Of a stretch of 28,668 nt of DNA, positions 8,123 through 16,184 are shown one piece after another. Within the stretch, counting starts at the first letter, position 1, and the number at the start of each line of letters is the position of its first letter. A program made the translations under genes and the position numbers. The DNA lies in contig CAZNJA010000011.1 of NCBI GenBank assembly GCA_964573245.1, positions 8,637 through 37,304 on the forward strand, given 5' to 3'. Below the pieces are notes generated by a model. It was not told the origin of the DNA. It made no database searches and was given only the letters and a program-made list of their open reading frames with translations. The DNA comes from an uncultured bacterium. GTDB lineage: Bacteria; CAIJMQ01.

Positions 8123-9832
8123 TTAAAGGATAAAGTTTAATGTCCAACCGACTATCAGAACAGAGATTAGCATTATTGCGGTTGCTTTTAACATGTCTCG
8201 AAAACCCAATTCTTTCAGCAAGGTGACAAAAGAAGCTATGCAGGGGAAATACATTGTTAAAACCACGCTGGCTATTATAAGTTGTTTGAGGTTAAGATGC
8301 AGCGGCGCCAACATGCCTACAGCCACATCTTTGCGGAAAAAACCGACTAAAATCGCGCCTATGGCTTCTTTAGGCAAGCCAAAAACGCCGGAAACTACGG
8401 GAGCGGTAAACTTACCTATAAATTGAATTATTCCAAGTGTATATAAAATATTGACTATAAACACGCCCAAAAGCACAAAAGGAACCGCTTCTTTGAGAAA
8501 CCACTTCAGGCGAAGCCATATTTTCTTTGCTAAATCTTTAAAGTAAGGTCTTCTGTAGGGAGGTATTTCTACGAATATTTCGGGCGACTTGCCCCTTATA
8601 AAGCGCGCCATCAAAAGGCCTAATATTACCCACACGACAAAAAGTGTTGCGTAAACAACCGACAAACCGGCTACAAGATGTTTGCCGAGCAATCCTACGA
8701 TTACAGCCTGCATAGCCGCGCATGGAACGGCAATAGATAAAAGCGTGCAGGAGATGAAACGTTCTCTTCTAGTAGCTAAAATTCTTGTGGATAAAAGACC
8801 CGGCACATTGCATCCAAAACCTAACATCATAGGAACAATGGCTAACCCGTGTATTCCCATTCGATGCATAAGTCCGTCCACCAACACCGCCAATCGCGGC
8901 AGATATCCGCAATCTTCCAAAATGGACAAAACAATATAAAAAGCGAAAACATACGGCAGAACAACGCCTATGGGGATAAAAATACCCGTTGTCAATAGTC
9001 CGAAAGATTGGTTGTAATCTATTTGGCCGTTGAGCAACTTGCCGACCAAAATATCATGAATAATCCCCCCATGTCCTATCAAAGCGGAAAATTTCAAAAT
9101 CAAAGGAGACCATAGATTTTCAAAAATTGGTTGGAAGATATATGTGATAATACTTTCGCCGATAAATCTGACAACTACAAAAGTAAGAAATAAAATGACC
9201 AGAGCAAGCGGGATGCCTAAGGCGGGAATTACGGAAATATCACCCAACTTTTCCATAAAAGTATGGTCGTGATGAGTCAATACTTGAACTTTATTTATTA
9301 TATCGCCGATAACATTCCATTTTTCTTTTTCTTCATAATCTAAATCGGAAAATTTCGCCTCTTTAATCCTTTCGGTAAGCTCCTTAATTCCTTCCCCACT
9401 AACTGCGCATACGGGAACACACGGAACCTGCAGGATATCTTCTAATTTCTTAACATCGATGGAAATTCCTTTGTGTTTTGTTTCATCCCAGAAATTCAGA
9501 GCCACTATTAAAGGTTTATTTCTTCTTTTTATCAGCTGCAGAGTAAGATTTAAATTTTTTTCCAAATTGGTGGAATCCAAAACGCTGATAACTATATCGC
9601 CTTCTTCTAACATCTTTACGGCTACTTCTTCTGCCTTATCGCCAGCGTCCAGAGAATATGTTCCGGGAACATCTATCACCATCATCTCTTCTTTGTTTAT
9701 CCTCATTGTCCCTTCTGCGAAATCTATAGTTGTCCCGGGATAATTTGAAATGATAACATCCGCGCCAGTCAAGCGATTAAAGAGCACGCTTTTACCCGTA
9801 TTTGGATTACCGATAAGTAAAACCTTCTTCAT
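8123..9832 (-). CDS. feoB: Ferrous iron transporter FeoB
   Basis: GNPNTGKS, NYPGTT, DVPG, NFWD GTPase motifs; LEDCGYLPR, GFGCNVPG, YFPCIA. Start placed at ATG 9832 after an AAGAGG RBS. Confidence 0.95.
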   Translation of the reverse strand: MKKVLLIGNPNTGKSVLFNRLTGADVIISNYPGTTIDFAEGTMRINKEEMMVIDVPGTYSLDAGDKAEEVAVKMLEEGDIVISVLDSTNLEKNLNLTLQLIKRRNKPLIVALNFWDETKHKGISIDVKKLEDILQVPCVPVCAVSGEGIKELTERIKEAKFSDLDYEEKEKWNVIGDIINKVQVLTHHDHTFMEKLGDISVIPALGIPLALVILFLTFVVVRFIGESIITYIFQPIFENLWSPLILKFSALIGHGGIIHDILVGKLLNGQIDYNQSFGLLTTGIFIPIGVVLPYVFAFYIVLSILEDCGYLPRLAVLVDGLMHRMGIHGLAIVPMMLGFGCNVPGLLSTRILATRRERFISCTLLSIAVPCAAMQAVIVGLLGKHLVAGLSVVYATLFVVWVILGLLMARFIRGKSPEIFVEIPPYRRPYFKDLAKKIWLRLKWFLKEAVPFVLLGVFIVNILYTLGIIQFIGKFTAPVVSGVFGLPKEAIGAILVGFFRKDVAVGMLAPLHLNLKQLIIASVVLTMYFPCIASFVTLLKELGFRDMLKATAIMLISVLIVGWTLNFIL

Positions 9833-9845
9833 ATAAAAACCTCTT

Positions 9846-10141
9846 AAATTAAATATCAAATATTAAAAATCACCCCTAGAAATTGCAGGGCAATTTCAGG
9901 GACTAAGTCCTCGGAATTCTTCGAATTCCAGAGGAAAATTACATATTGAAATGTAAATATAATGTCCTGAACTATCAAGAAACAAGAGACAAGATACCAG
10001 TATCTAACAACCAACATTTTTAAAAATATTGTTTGGTTATTGAGAATTGGTAATTGATTATTATTTGGTTATTGTATCTTGGTGTTTGGTTATTTAGTTT
10101 TTGGTTTGTCATTTTGCACTTTGATTTTTGACTTTTACATT
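9846..10141. repeat. Nested composite repeat (7-mer element containing a double hairpin and a second 7-mer element)
   Basis: Outer arms 9846-9960 and 10107-10141 match 1876-1976; double hairpin at 9873-9934; inner arms at 9970-10095. Confidence 0.75.
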
Positions 10142-10148
10142 GGGTTTA

Positions 10149-10391
10149 TTACTCCATTTCCACCCATATTCTTCGAGCCATACTGAAACCCAAAGCAACC
10201 CGCATATTTCCAACCTTTAACATAACAGGCCCTCTCATCCATTGTCCTGTCACTTTCTGCACTTTACTGCCCATCCTGATACCCATTGAATCCAATCTGT
10301 TTAGCATGCCCAACCCACCGTCAATCTGTACTATTGTGCCTGTTTTGCCCACGGACATATTAAACAACGAAACACGATTTTCCGAACTCAT
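10149..10391 (-). CDS. feoA: FeoA family protein
   Basis: GTIVQIDGG..MLNRLDSMGIRMG...GPVMLKVGNMRVALG..MARRIWV; upstream of feoB. Confidence 0.93.
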   Translation of the reverse strand: MSSENRVSLFNMSVGKTGTIVQIDGGLGMLNRLDSMGIRMGSKVQKVTGQWMRGPVMLKVGNMRVALGFSMARRIWVEME

Positions 10392-10412
10392 TTAAAGCCC
10401 TTCCCTTTTTTT

Positions 10413-10510
10413 ACCCCGATAGAGATTCCTAATCCATTCGACAGAAACTTCAAATAAAACCCGAAATTTAAAAGCACTAAAATCTGCTCCAAGATTATCC
10501 CTAACGAGAC
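10413..10510. mobile_element. Degenerate MITE-like element
   Basis: Ends accccgatagagat / atccctaacgagac resemble the 14-bp TIRs at 16061-16184; supplies the fur stop codon. Confidence 0.6.
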
Positions 10511-10935
10511 TTACATTTATCACAATATCCCTTAATACCTAACCTATGTTCCACTGGTGTAAATTTATACTTTTTGCAAATCTTATCTTGTAATCGTTCA
10601 ATCCTTTCATCCCGAAATTCTATAATCTTTCCACATCCAATACATACCATATGGTCATGATGCTGTTGACCGAATGTGTGTTCATAACTTACCTTTTCCT
10701 TGTAGCGAAGCGCTTCCCTTACCAATCCGCTTTCAATAAGTAAAGGTAAAGTCCTGTAGATAGTAGCCCAAGAGATACCTTTTGCATATCGGTGAAGCTT
10801 TTTATACAATCGTTCTACATCAAAATGGGTGCGAAGGGAAAACACTTCATCCAAAATGATTTTTCTCTCAGGTGTAAATTTCATGCCCCTCTTTTGCAGA
10901 TAGTTTTTGAATTCTTCAGTATAACTTTTTTTCAT
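10501..10935 (-). CDS. fur: Fur family transcriptional regulator
   Basis: KFTPERKIIL, ATIYRTL, HHDHMVCIGCGKIIEF, GYCDKC. Confidence 0.93.
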   Translation of the reverse strand: MKKSYTEEFKNYLQKRGMKFTPERKIILDEVFSLRTHFDVERLYKKLHRYAKGISWATIYRTLPLLIESGLVREALRYKEKVSYEHTFGQQHHDHMVCIGCGKIIEFRDERIERLQDKICKKYKFTPVEHRLGIKGYCDKCKSR

Positions 10936-10937
10936 AA

Positions 10938-10954
10938 TTGCAATTAATTCTCAA
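10938..10954 (-). promoter_or_regulatory. Candidate Fur box
   Basis: TTGAGAATTAATTGCAA, an imperfect 17-bp palindrome of TGAxAAT-N-ATTxTCA type, between the promoter and the fur ATG. Confidence 0.6.
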
Positions 10955-10959
10955 TCTCA

Positions 10960-10987
10960 ATTATACGTTATAATTTTTTCTTGTCAA
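10960..10987 (-). promoter_or_regulatory. Sigma70 promoter of fur-feoAB
   Basis: TTGACA-N16-TATAAT on the minus strand. Confidence 0.75.
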
Positions 10988-11018
10988 GGAGTTAATGGAA
11001 AAAATAGAGAGAAAATTC

Positions 11019-11435
11019 TTAAAGAATACCTTTACCGGTAGTGGATGCGCTCAAATTTAGATATTTTACTCCCTTTTCCGACTGCATTCTTTGAGCCAAT
11101 TTGCGGATTTGTCTCGCTTTCCCCTTTACGATAACCACCTCAAAACAATTATCATGGTCCACATGAATATGTTGGGTGGAAACAACAAGATTATGGAATT
11201 CGTGTTGCACCTCAATCAATGTTTCCACCAGATCAGTTTTATGATGGTCATATACCAAAGAAATGCTTCCGATAACCAAAGATTCATTCTGCCATTGTTC
11301 TTTTACAAGGGCTCTTCTTATAAGGTCTCTTATTGCTTCAGAACGGTTGGAGTACTGTTTGCTTTTTATTATTTCATCAAATTTTTCCAAAAGTTTTTCG
11401 TCTATAGAAACCCCAAATCGAATTAGATGCGACAT
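11019..11435 (-). CDS. nikR: Nickel-responsive regulator NikR
   Basis: RFGVSID ribbon, YSNRSEAIRDLIR, LVYDHH, VQHE, QHIHVDHDNCFEV Ni ligands. Confidence 0.96.
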   Translation of the reverse strand: MSHLIRFGVSIDEKLLEKFDEIIKSKQYSNRSEAIRDLIRRALVKEQWQNESLVIGSISLVYDHHKTDLVETLIEVQHEFHNLVVSTQHIHVDHDNCFEVVIVKGKARQIRKLAQRMQSEKGVKYLNLSASTTGKGIL

Positions 11436-11460
11436 ATTTTATCCCTATTGTTACAGTGTT

Positions 11461-12204
11461 TTACTTTGTGGCGTTTTCCTTTAATTGTTTTACCCAGTTA
11501 CAATATTCGCAATTGTCAGAAGGTCCGGGAGGTGTTTGCTGCTTCAGCAAATCCAGGGCCTCATGAAAAATCTCAAGCGCCCTTTCAATGGAAGTTTTCA
11601 CTTCCATCATTTTTATATTAAAGGGAATACCTTCGTGCAGTTTCCCGAAACCTGGGACAAAATACATAAGGTATGCTAAGCTATTTGTTTTATAATTATT
11701 TTTTTCAAGAAGCAAAGTATACATGTCCATCTGCAGTTGATATGCAGGATGCACATTGGAAGGCAAAGAACCTCTAGTTTTATAATCCAAAGGCACATAC
11801 ATATTGCCCTGCATTATCAAACATTCATCAAGCATGCCCATCAAAGAAGCGTTTTTGGAAGTATCGTTGAAATATAATTTCTTGGGCAACTGCGGTATCA
11901 ATTTGCCTTCAATTTTACCTTTAAGCAAAGGCGGTAAAGTTCCCTGTTCCCTGTAAGTGTCAAAATATTCTTTTATTACTCTGTCCAATCCCGACGCAAT
12001 GGAAGGGAACGCGCCCCGCGGTCTTCTTATGTCATAATTCATTTGCAACCAAAAACAACGAGGACAATCCCTGAAAATATTCAAACTGCTTGGGGACAAA
12101 ACAAATTTATTTCTGCTGCTTTTTGCAACTTTATTACTATCTATCAGAGCCTGTAACGCCTGACTCCTGTTTTCTTTAAAGTTGAATATCGTCTGTTTTT
12201 CCAT
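11461..12204 (-). CDS. PD-(D/E)XK (RecB/Cas4-like) nuclease family protein
   Basis: LSPSSL..FRDCPRCFW, GMLDE, PLDYKT, YQLQMDMY, C-terminal CEYC. Confidence 0.85.
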   Translation of the reverse strand: MEKQTIFNFKENRSQALQALIDSNKVAKSSRNKFVLSPSSLNIFRDCPRCFWLQMNYDIRRPRGAFPSIASGLDRVIKEYFDTYREQGTLPPLLKGKIEGKLIPQLPKKLYFNDTSKNASLMGMLDECLIMQGNMYVPLDYKTRGSLPSNVHPAYQLQMDMYTLLLEKNNYKTNSLAYLMYFVPGFGKLHEGIPFNIKMMEVKTSIERALEIFHEALDLLKQQTPPGPSDNCEYCNWVKQLKENATK

Positions 12205-12211
12205 GATAACT

Positions 12212-13288
12212 TTATTTAAACCTAAACCCTCTTTCCTTAAAAAGATTTACGCAGGTATTAACCACCTTTGTGTCATAAAGCAACCCTTTTTTACTGGAAA
12301 TTTCTTCCAATGCTTTTTCAATTCCCAATGCCGGGCGATAAGGTCGAGCGGAAGACATTGCTTCAACCACATCAGCAACAGCTAATATACGCGACTCAAG
12401 AATAATATCCTTACTTTTAAGCCCATTTGGATAGCCCGAACCATTCATCCTTTCGTGATGCTGAAGTGCTATTTTGGCAAGTGGCCAAGGAAACTCTATC
12501 TCCTTCAATATATCATAGGCTACTTGAGGATGATTTTTTATCAGTTCAAATTCCAGTTTATTTAGTTTGGAAGGTTTCATAAGAAGTTCAGCAGGAATAT
12601 TGATTTTTCCGATATCATGCAAAAGCCCTGCCATATAAATCCCTGTAATTTTATCTTCTGGAAGATTCATTTCTTTGGCTATTGCTGAAGCCAACTCTGC
12701 CACACGGCGCTGATGACCCGCTGTAAACAAATCCCTTTTTTCAATTGTCAACGCTATTGCATGTATGGTTTCTTCAAGAACATTTTGAAGTTTACCCACG
12801 CTTTCATTAAGTTGATTTTTTATATTGTTATGTTCGGTAGTATCTTGTTCAGTGGAAAGAAAGCTTGTTATCTCTCCCTTGCCGTTTTTAAGAGCACGTA
12901 TTCTTACATGACTTGTAAATTTAGTGCCATCCTTTTTTTTGTTATTTATTTCTCCTTCCCAGTATCCCTTTTTCTTGAGAATTTCTAACGTATTCTTTAC
13001 AAACGTTTTTGAATCGGGTTCTTCTGCATTAAAAACCGTAGGGTCCTTACCAATCAATGCTCCTTTCTTATAACCAAAAAGTTGGTCCATTGCAGGATTT
13101 GTATAGATAATTTTGGCATCACTAGAAATAATAAATATAGCGTCTTTGGTAGTTTCAATTATTTTTGAAAGTTTAGCGTTTTCTCCCTGTAAAGTTCTAC
13201 ATTGAGCTTCCACTTTTTTAAATTCGGCAACCGTTTTACGCAATTTTTCCGTTTCTTTTCCCATCTTAATTTTTCCAACAGTTTTCAT
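12212..13288 (-). CDS. PAS + HD-GYP cyclic dinucleotide phosphodiesterase
   Basis: PAS (DAIFII..NPA...GY..WEGEI.NKKKDG), TAGHQRRVA, LLHDIGK, HHERMNGSGYP, ADVVEAM. Confidence 0.92.
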   Translation of the reverse strand: MKTVGKIKMGKETEKLRKTVAEFKKVEAQCRTLQGENAKLSKIIETTKDAIFIISSDAKIIYTNPAMDQLFGYKKGALIGKDPTVFNAEEPDSKTFVKNTLEILKKKGYWEGEINNKKKDGTKFTSHVRIRALKNGKGEITSFLSTEQDTTEHNNIKNQLNESVGKLQNVLEETIHAIALTIEKRDLFTAGHQRRVAELASAIAKEMNLPEDKITGIYMAGLLHDIGKINIPAELLMKPSKLNKLEFELIKNHPQVAYDILKEIEFPWPLAKIALQHHERMNGSGYPNGLKSKDIILESRILAVADVVEAMSSARPYRPALGIEKALEEISSKKGLLYDTKVVNTCVNLFKERGFRFK

Positions 13289-13386
13289 TTCAAGCTTATT
13301 TTACACATTTTGGAAGTATTTTCAAACTAAATCGACAACAATGAATGCAATTAACGCAGAAAAGGAATTTTTTTGACTTTCCAATC

Positions 13387-14061
13387 TTATGAATAATTTG
13401 TCGGGTCTTTTATACCTGCTTCTTGAAAACCGTTTTTTCTTAAAATACAGCTGTCGCATTTTCCGCACGCTAATCCATCTTTTGCAGAATTGTAACAACT
13501 GTGCGTAATCGAGTAATTAACCTTTAACTGTATGCCTCTTTTTATAATTTCGGCTTTACTTAAATTAATTAAAGGAGTATGAATCTTTATGGATCTGCCT
13601 TCAACTGCTTCTCTTGTAGCAAGGTCAGCCATCTTTTGGTACGCATTTATATAATCAGCTCTGCAATCGGGGTATCCGCTGTAATCAATTGCATTAACGC
13701 CTATAAATATATCATGGGATTTCAAAACTTCTGCCCACGCCAAAGCATAAGAAAGAAATATAGTGTTTCTTGCGGGAACGTACGTGGAAGGGATTTTCTT
13801 GCTTTTAAGGTTTCTGTTTCGCGGAACTTTCATATCGCCGGTCAAAGCAGAACCACCAAAACAGCGGAGATCTATTTTTATAATTTTATGCTTGGCGGCA
13901 TCAAAATATCTCGCGGCTTTCTTTGCACTTAATAATTCTTTTTTATGTCTTTGCCCATAATCAAAAGTCAAAGCGTAAAGTTTGAAACCTTTGCTTTTGG
14001 CAATGGCAAGAACCGTTGTTGAATCCAGCCCTCCACTTGTTAAAACAACTGCTTTTTTCAT
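13387..14061 (-). CDS. queC: 7-cyano-7-deazaguanine synthase
   Basis: SGGLDST, FDYGQRH, TYVPARN, DYSGYPDCR, THSCY..CGKCDSC.LR. Confidence 0.96.
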   Translation of the reverse strand: MKKAVVLTSGGLDSTTVLAIAKSKGFKLYALTFDYGQRHKKELLSAKKAARYFDAAKHKIIKIDLRCFGGSALTGDMKVPRNRNLKSKKIPSTYVPARNTIFLSYALAWAEVLKSHDIFIGVNAIDYSGYPDCRADYINAYQKMADLATREAVEGRSIKIHTPLINLSKAEIIKRGIQLKVNYSITHSCYNSAKDGLACGKCDSCILRKNGFQEAGIKDPTNYS

Positions 14062-14173
14062 AAAAGGACCCCGTTTTGAGCTATAAAAAACAAGAAATGG
14101 GAAAGATAAGAAAACGGTTATTTCGGAGATTCGTAATTTTTGATATTTTATATTTAATTTTTAATATAGTTTA

Positions 14174-14249
14174 TGGCGTCCCCAAGGGGAATTGAACCCC
14201 TGTTACCAGGTTGAAAACCTGGGGTCCTTGGCCTCTAGACGATGGGGAC
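14174..14249 (-). tRNA. tRNA-Glu (TTC)
   Basis: GTCCCCATCGTCTAGAGGCCAAGGAC-CCAGG TTTTCAA CCTGG-...GGTTCAATTCC..TGGGGACGCCA; cloverleaf with encoded CCA. Confidence 0.96.
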
Positions 14250-14251
14250 AG

Positions 14252-14324
14252 TAGGGCAAGGGAGATTCGAACTCCCGACTCACGGCTTAAAAGGCCGTTA
14301 CTCTACCAGCTGAGTTATTGCCCC
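14252..14324 (-). tRNA. tRNA-Lys (TTT)
   Basis: GGGGCAATAACTCAGCTGGTAGAGTA-ACGGC CTTTTAA GCCGT-..GGGAGTTCGAATCTCCCTTGCCCTA; no encoded CCA; 2 nt from tRNA-Glu. Confidence 0.95.
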
Positions 14325-14382
14325 GAAAATTACTTATAATTCAAATTTTATATCAGCTACCGCTACTGGTTTTAAAGCCGCC

Positions 14383-14412
14383 ATTGTACATTATTCTATA
14401 AAACCTCGTCAA
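14383..14412 (-). promoter_or_regulatory. Promoter of the tRNA pair
   Basis: TTGACG-N18-TACAAT followed by a GC-rich GGCGGC discriminator. Confidence 0.6.
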
Positions 14413-14502
14413 GACAAAAAAAGTGTTATGGCTATGAAAGCCGCTACCCGATTTAACTATTCATTGCTCAGGATAACGGTCTATTGTACTCAATTTCACC
14501 TT

Positions 14503-14560
14503 TGGTGTCCATATAGTGTCTATAATAAACACGAATTGGTATGAATGCGTATAAAAAGAT
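14503..14560. repeat. att-arm-like module, copy 1
   Basis: Gapless 41/58 match to 17173-17230, mismatches mostly transitions; tggtgtccatatagtgtct core. Confidence 0.7.
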
Positions 14561-14585
14561 TCTTTTAATATCTCTTGCAACAGTA

Positions 14586-14720
14586 TTAACGTTTAAGTGA
14601 ATTTTTAACAAAATCTCTAAAAAGAGGATGGGATTTATCGGGTTTGGATTTGAATTCGGGATGGAACTGGCAGGCGACGAACCAAGGGTGGTCTTTTAGT
14701 TCTATTACCTCTACCAGATT
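14586..14720 (-). pseudogene. pyrG: 3' fragment of CTP synthase
   Basis: Hand translation [44 protein letters not shown] matches the PyrG glutaminase-domain C-terminus (QFHPE); preceded by an in-frame TAG, no start codon. Confidence 0.9.
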
Positions 14721-14740
14721 CTACTTTTAAAATATAATAT

Positions 14741-14771
14741 AAAAACCCACAACCTTCACAACGTCGTGGGT
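14741..14771 (-). terminator. Intrinsic terminator after dapL
   Basis: ACCCACGAC-loop-GTTGTGGGT followed by TTTT on the minus strand. Confidence 0.7.
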
Positions 14772-14873
14772 GAAATGCTTCAAATTATTTGATGATATTG
14801 TACCATAAAAAACGTGGTAACTTAAGGAAATTTTTCCAAAAGCGGAGAAAAACTTCATTACTTGTTAAAGCTT

Positions 14874-16043
14874 CTACAACTTCAAACTTTTTATTCTATG
14901 ACAAGCTTCTTCTATCTGGGCAATTGCAGTGGTAAGGCTAATTCTGAAGTAGCCTTCGCCCTCAGCCCCAAAGCCAGTCCCAGGGGTAACTAGAACTCCA
15001 CATTCCTCAAGCAATTTTTCGCAGAAATCGGCAGATTTCATTTTTATAGGAATAGGTACCCAAAGATAAAATGTAGCCTTCGGACTTTTTATCTTAAAAC
15101 CAATTTTTGTTAATGCTTCAACTAAAATGTCTCTTCTTTGTATATATATGGGGAGTATCCTTTCTAAATTTTCAGGTATCGTTCTAATTGCTTCTACTGC
15201 TGCAAGTTGAATAACATTAAAAGCCCCGGAATCCAAATTCGTTTTCACTTTACCCAACCCAGCAATTATGTCTTTGTTCCCTACAATGAAACCTATTCTC
15301 CATCCTGTCATATTGCACGATTTTGATAGAGAATGGAATTCTACGCCAACATCTTTAGCACCTTTTGTGCTTAAGAAGCTTTTTGCTTTAAACCCATCGA
15401 AAGTAATTTCAGAATATGTTGCGTCATGGCATACAATAATTTTGTGGCGTTGTGCAAAATCCACAGTCTCTTCAAAGAAATCCTCATCTGCTACCGCACT
15501 AGTGGGATTGTTTGGATAATTTATATACATCATTTTACATTTCTTAAGTATTGATGAGTTTTTTTCAAGACTTGAGAAGTCAGGTAAAAAGTCATTCTCT
15601 TCACGTAAGGGCATAGTAAAAGGAATCCCACTTGCAAGGATTGTTCCGGCACGATAAACAGGATATCCAGGGTCAGGAACTAGCACATAATCTCCTGGAT
15701 TTACAAAAGCCAGGGGGATATGACCTATCCCCTCTTTAGCCCCTATGAGAATCAAAACTTCTCTGTCGGAATCAAGTTTTACGCCGAATCTATTTTCATA
15801 CCACTGGGCAACAGCATGGCGTAGTTCTCCGCTACCTTTATATGAAGGATATTTATGTATATTGGGGATTTCTGTCGATTTCTTTAATTTTTCTATTACA
15901 TTGGGAAGTGGTGGCAAGTCCGGGTCGCCAATTCCCAAATCAATAACTTTAATACCTTTTTTGATAACTTCTTTTTTCTTTCCATCAAGTTCTGCAAAAG
16001 GATATTCAACAAGTGATTTGAGTTTTTTGGAAATATCAATCAT
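14874..16043 (-). CDS. dapL: LL-diaminopimelate aminotransferase
   Basis: DLGIGDPD, LIGAKEGIGH, NYPNNPT, HDATYSE, SLSKSCNMTGWRIG; next to dapF. Confidence 0.88.
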   Translation of the reverse strand: MIDISKKLKSLVEYPFAELDGKKKEVIKKGIKVIDLGIGDPDLPPLPNVIEKLKKSTEIPNIHKYPSYKGSGELRHAVAQWYENRFGVKLDSDREVLILIGAKEGIGHIPLAFVNPGDYVLVPDPGYPVYRAGTILASGIPFTMPLREENDFLPDFSSLEKNSSILKKCKMMYINYPNNPTSAVADEDFFEETVDFAQRHKIIVCHDATYSEITFDGFKAKSFLSTKGAKDVGVEFHSLSKSCNMTGWRIGFIVGNKDIIAGLGKVKTNLDSGAFNVIQLAAVEAIRTIPENLERILPIYIQRRDILVEALTKIGFKIKSPKATFYLWVPIPIKMKSADFCEKLLEECGVLVTPGTGFGAEGEGYFRISLTTAIAQIEEACHRIKSLKL

Positions 16044-16060
16044 TTTATTCGTTCTCCTGA

Positions 16061-16184
16061 ACCCCGTTAGAGATAGGTCGCCTTATGGCGACCGTAAACT
16101 AAAATAAGGGCAAAGCATCCTTTATCTTTATTTTCTGAAATCATATGGCAAGTCATAAATTTTCCTTTTCATCTCTAACGGGGT
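16061..16184. mobile_element. MITE-like element with 14-bp perfect TIRs
   Basis: accccgttagagat ... atctctaacggggt; internal hairpin ggtcgcc-ttat-ggcgacc (16076-16093); no coding capacity of its own. Confidence 0.85.

Noticed and set aside
9833-9859. N-terminal extension of FeoB in the ORF track
   Set aside because: The upstream start lies inside the heptamer repeat; ATG 9832 has an RBS and matches the family start.
11441-11470. NikR autoregulatory site (tgttac/gtgttttac)
   Set aside because: Only half-site-like matches with no N13 palindrome; too weak.
11461-12204. CRISPR-Cas system suggested by the Cas4-like gene
   Set aside because: No cas1/cas2 or effector genes and no repeat-spacer array anywhere in the window.
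14062-14095. preQ1 riboswitch-like TATAAAAAAC tail next to queC
   Set aside because: It lies on the plus strand, antisense to queC, and I find no P1 stem/loop consensus on the coding strand.
14628-14699. Plus-strand micro-[26 protein letters not shown]
   Set aside because: Antisense shadow of the pyrG fragment.
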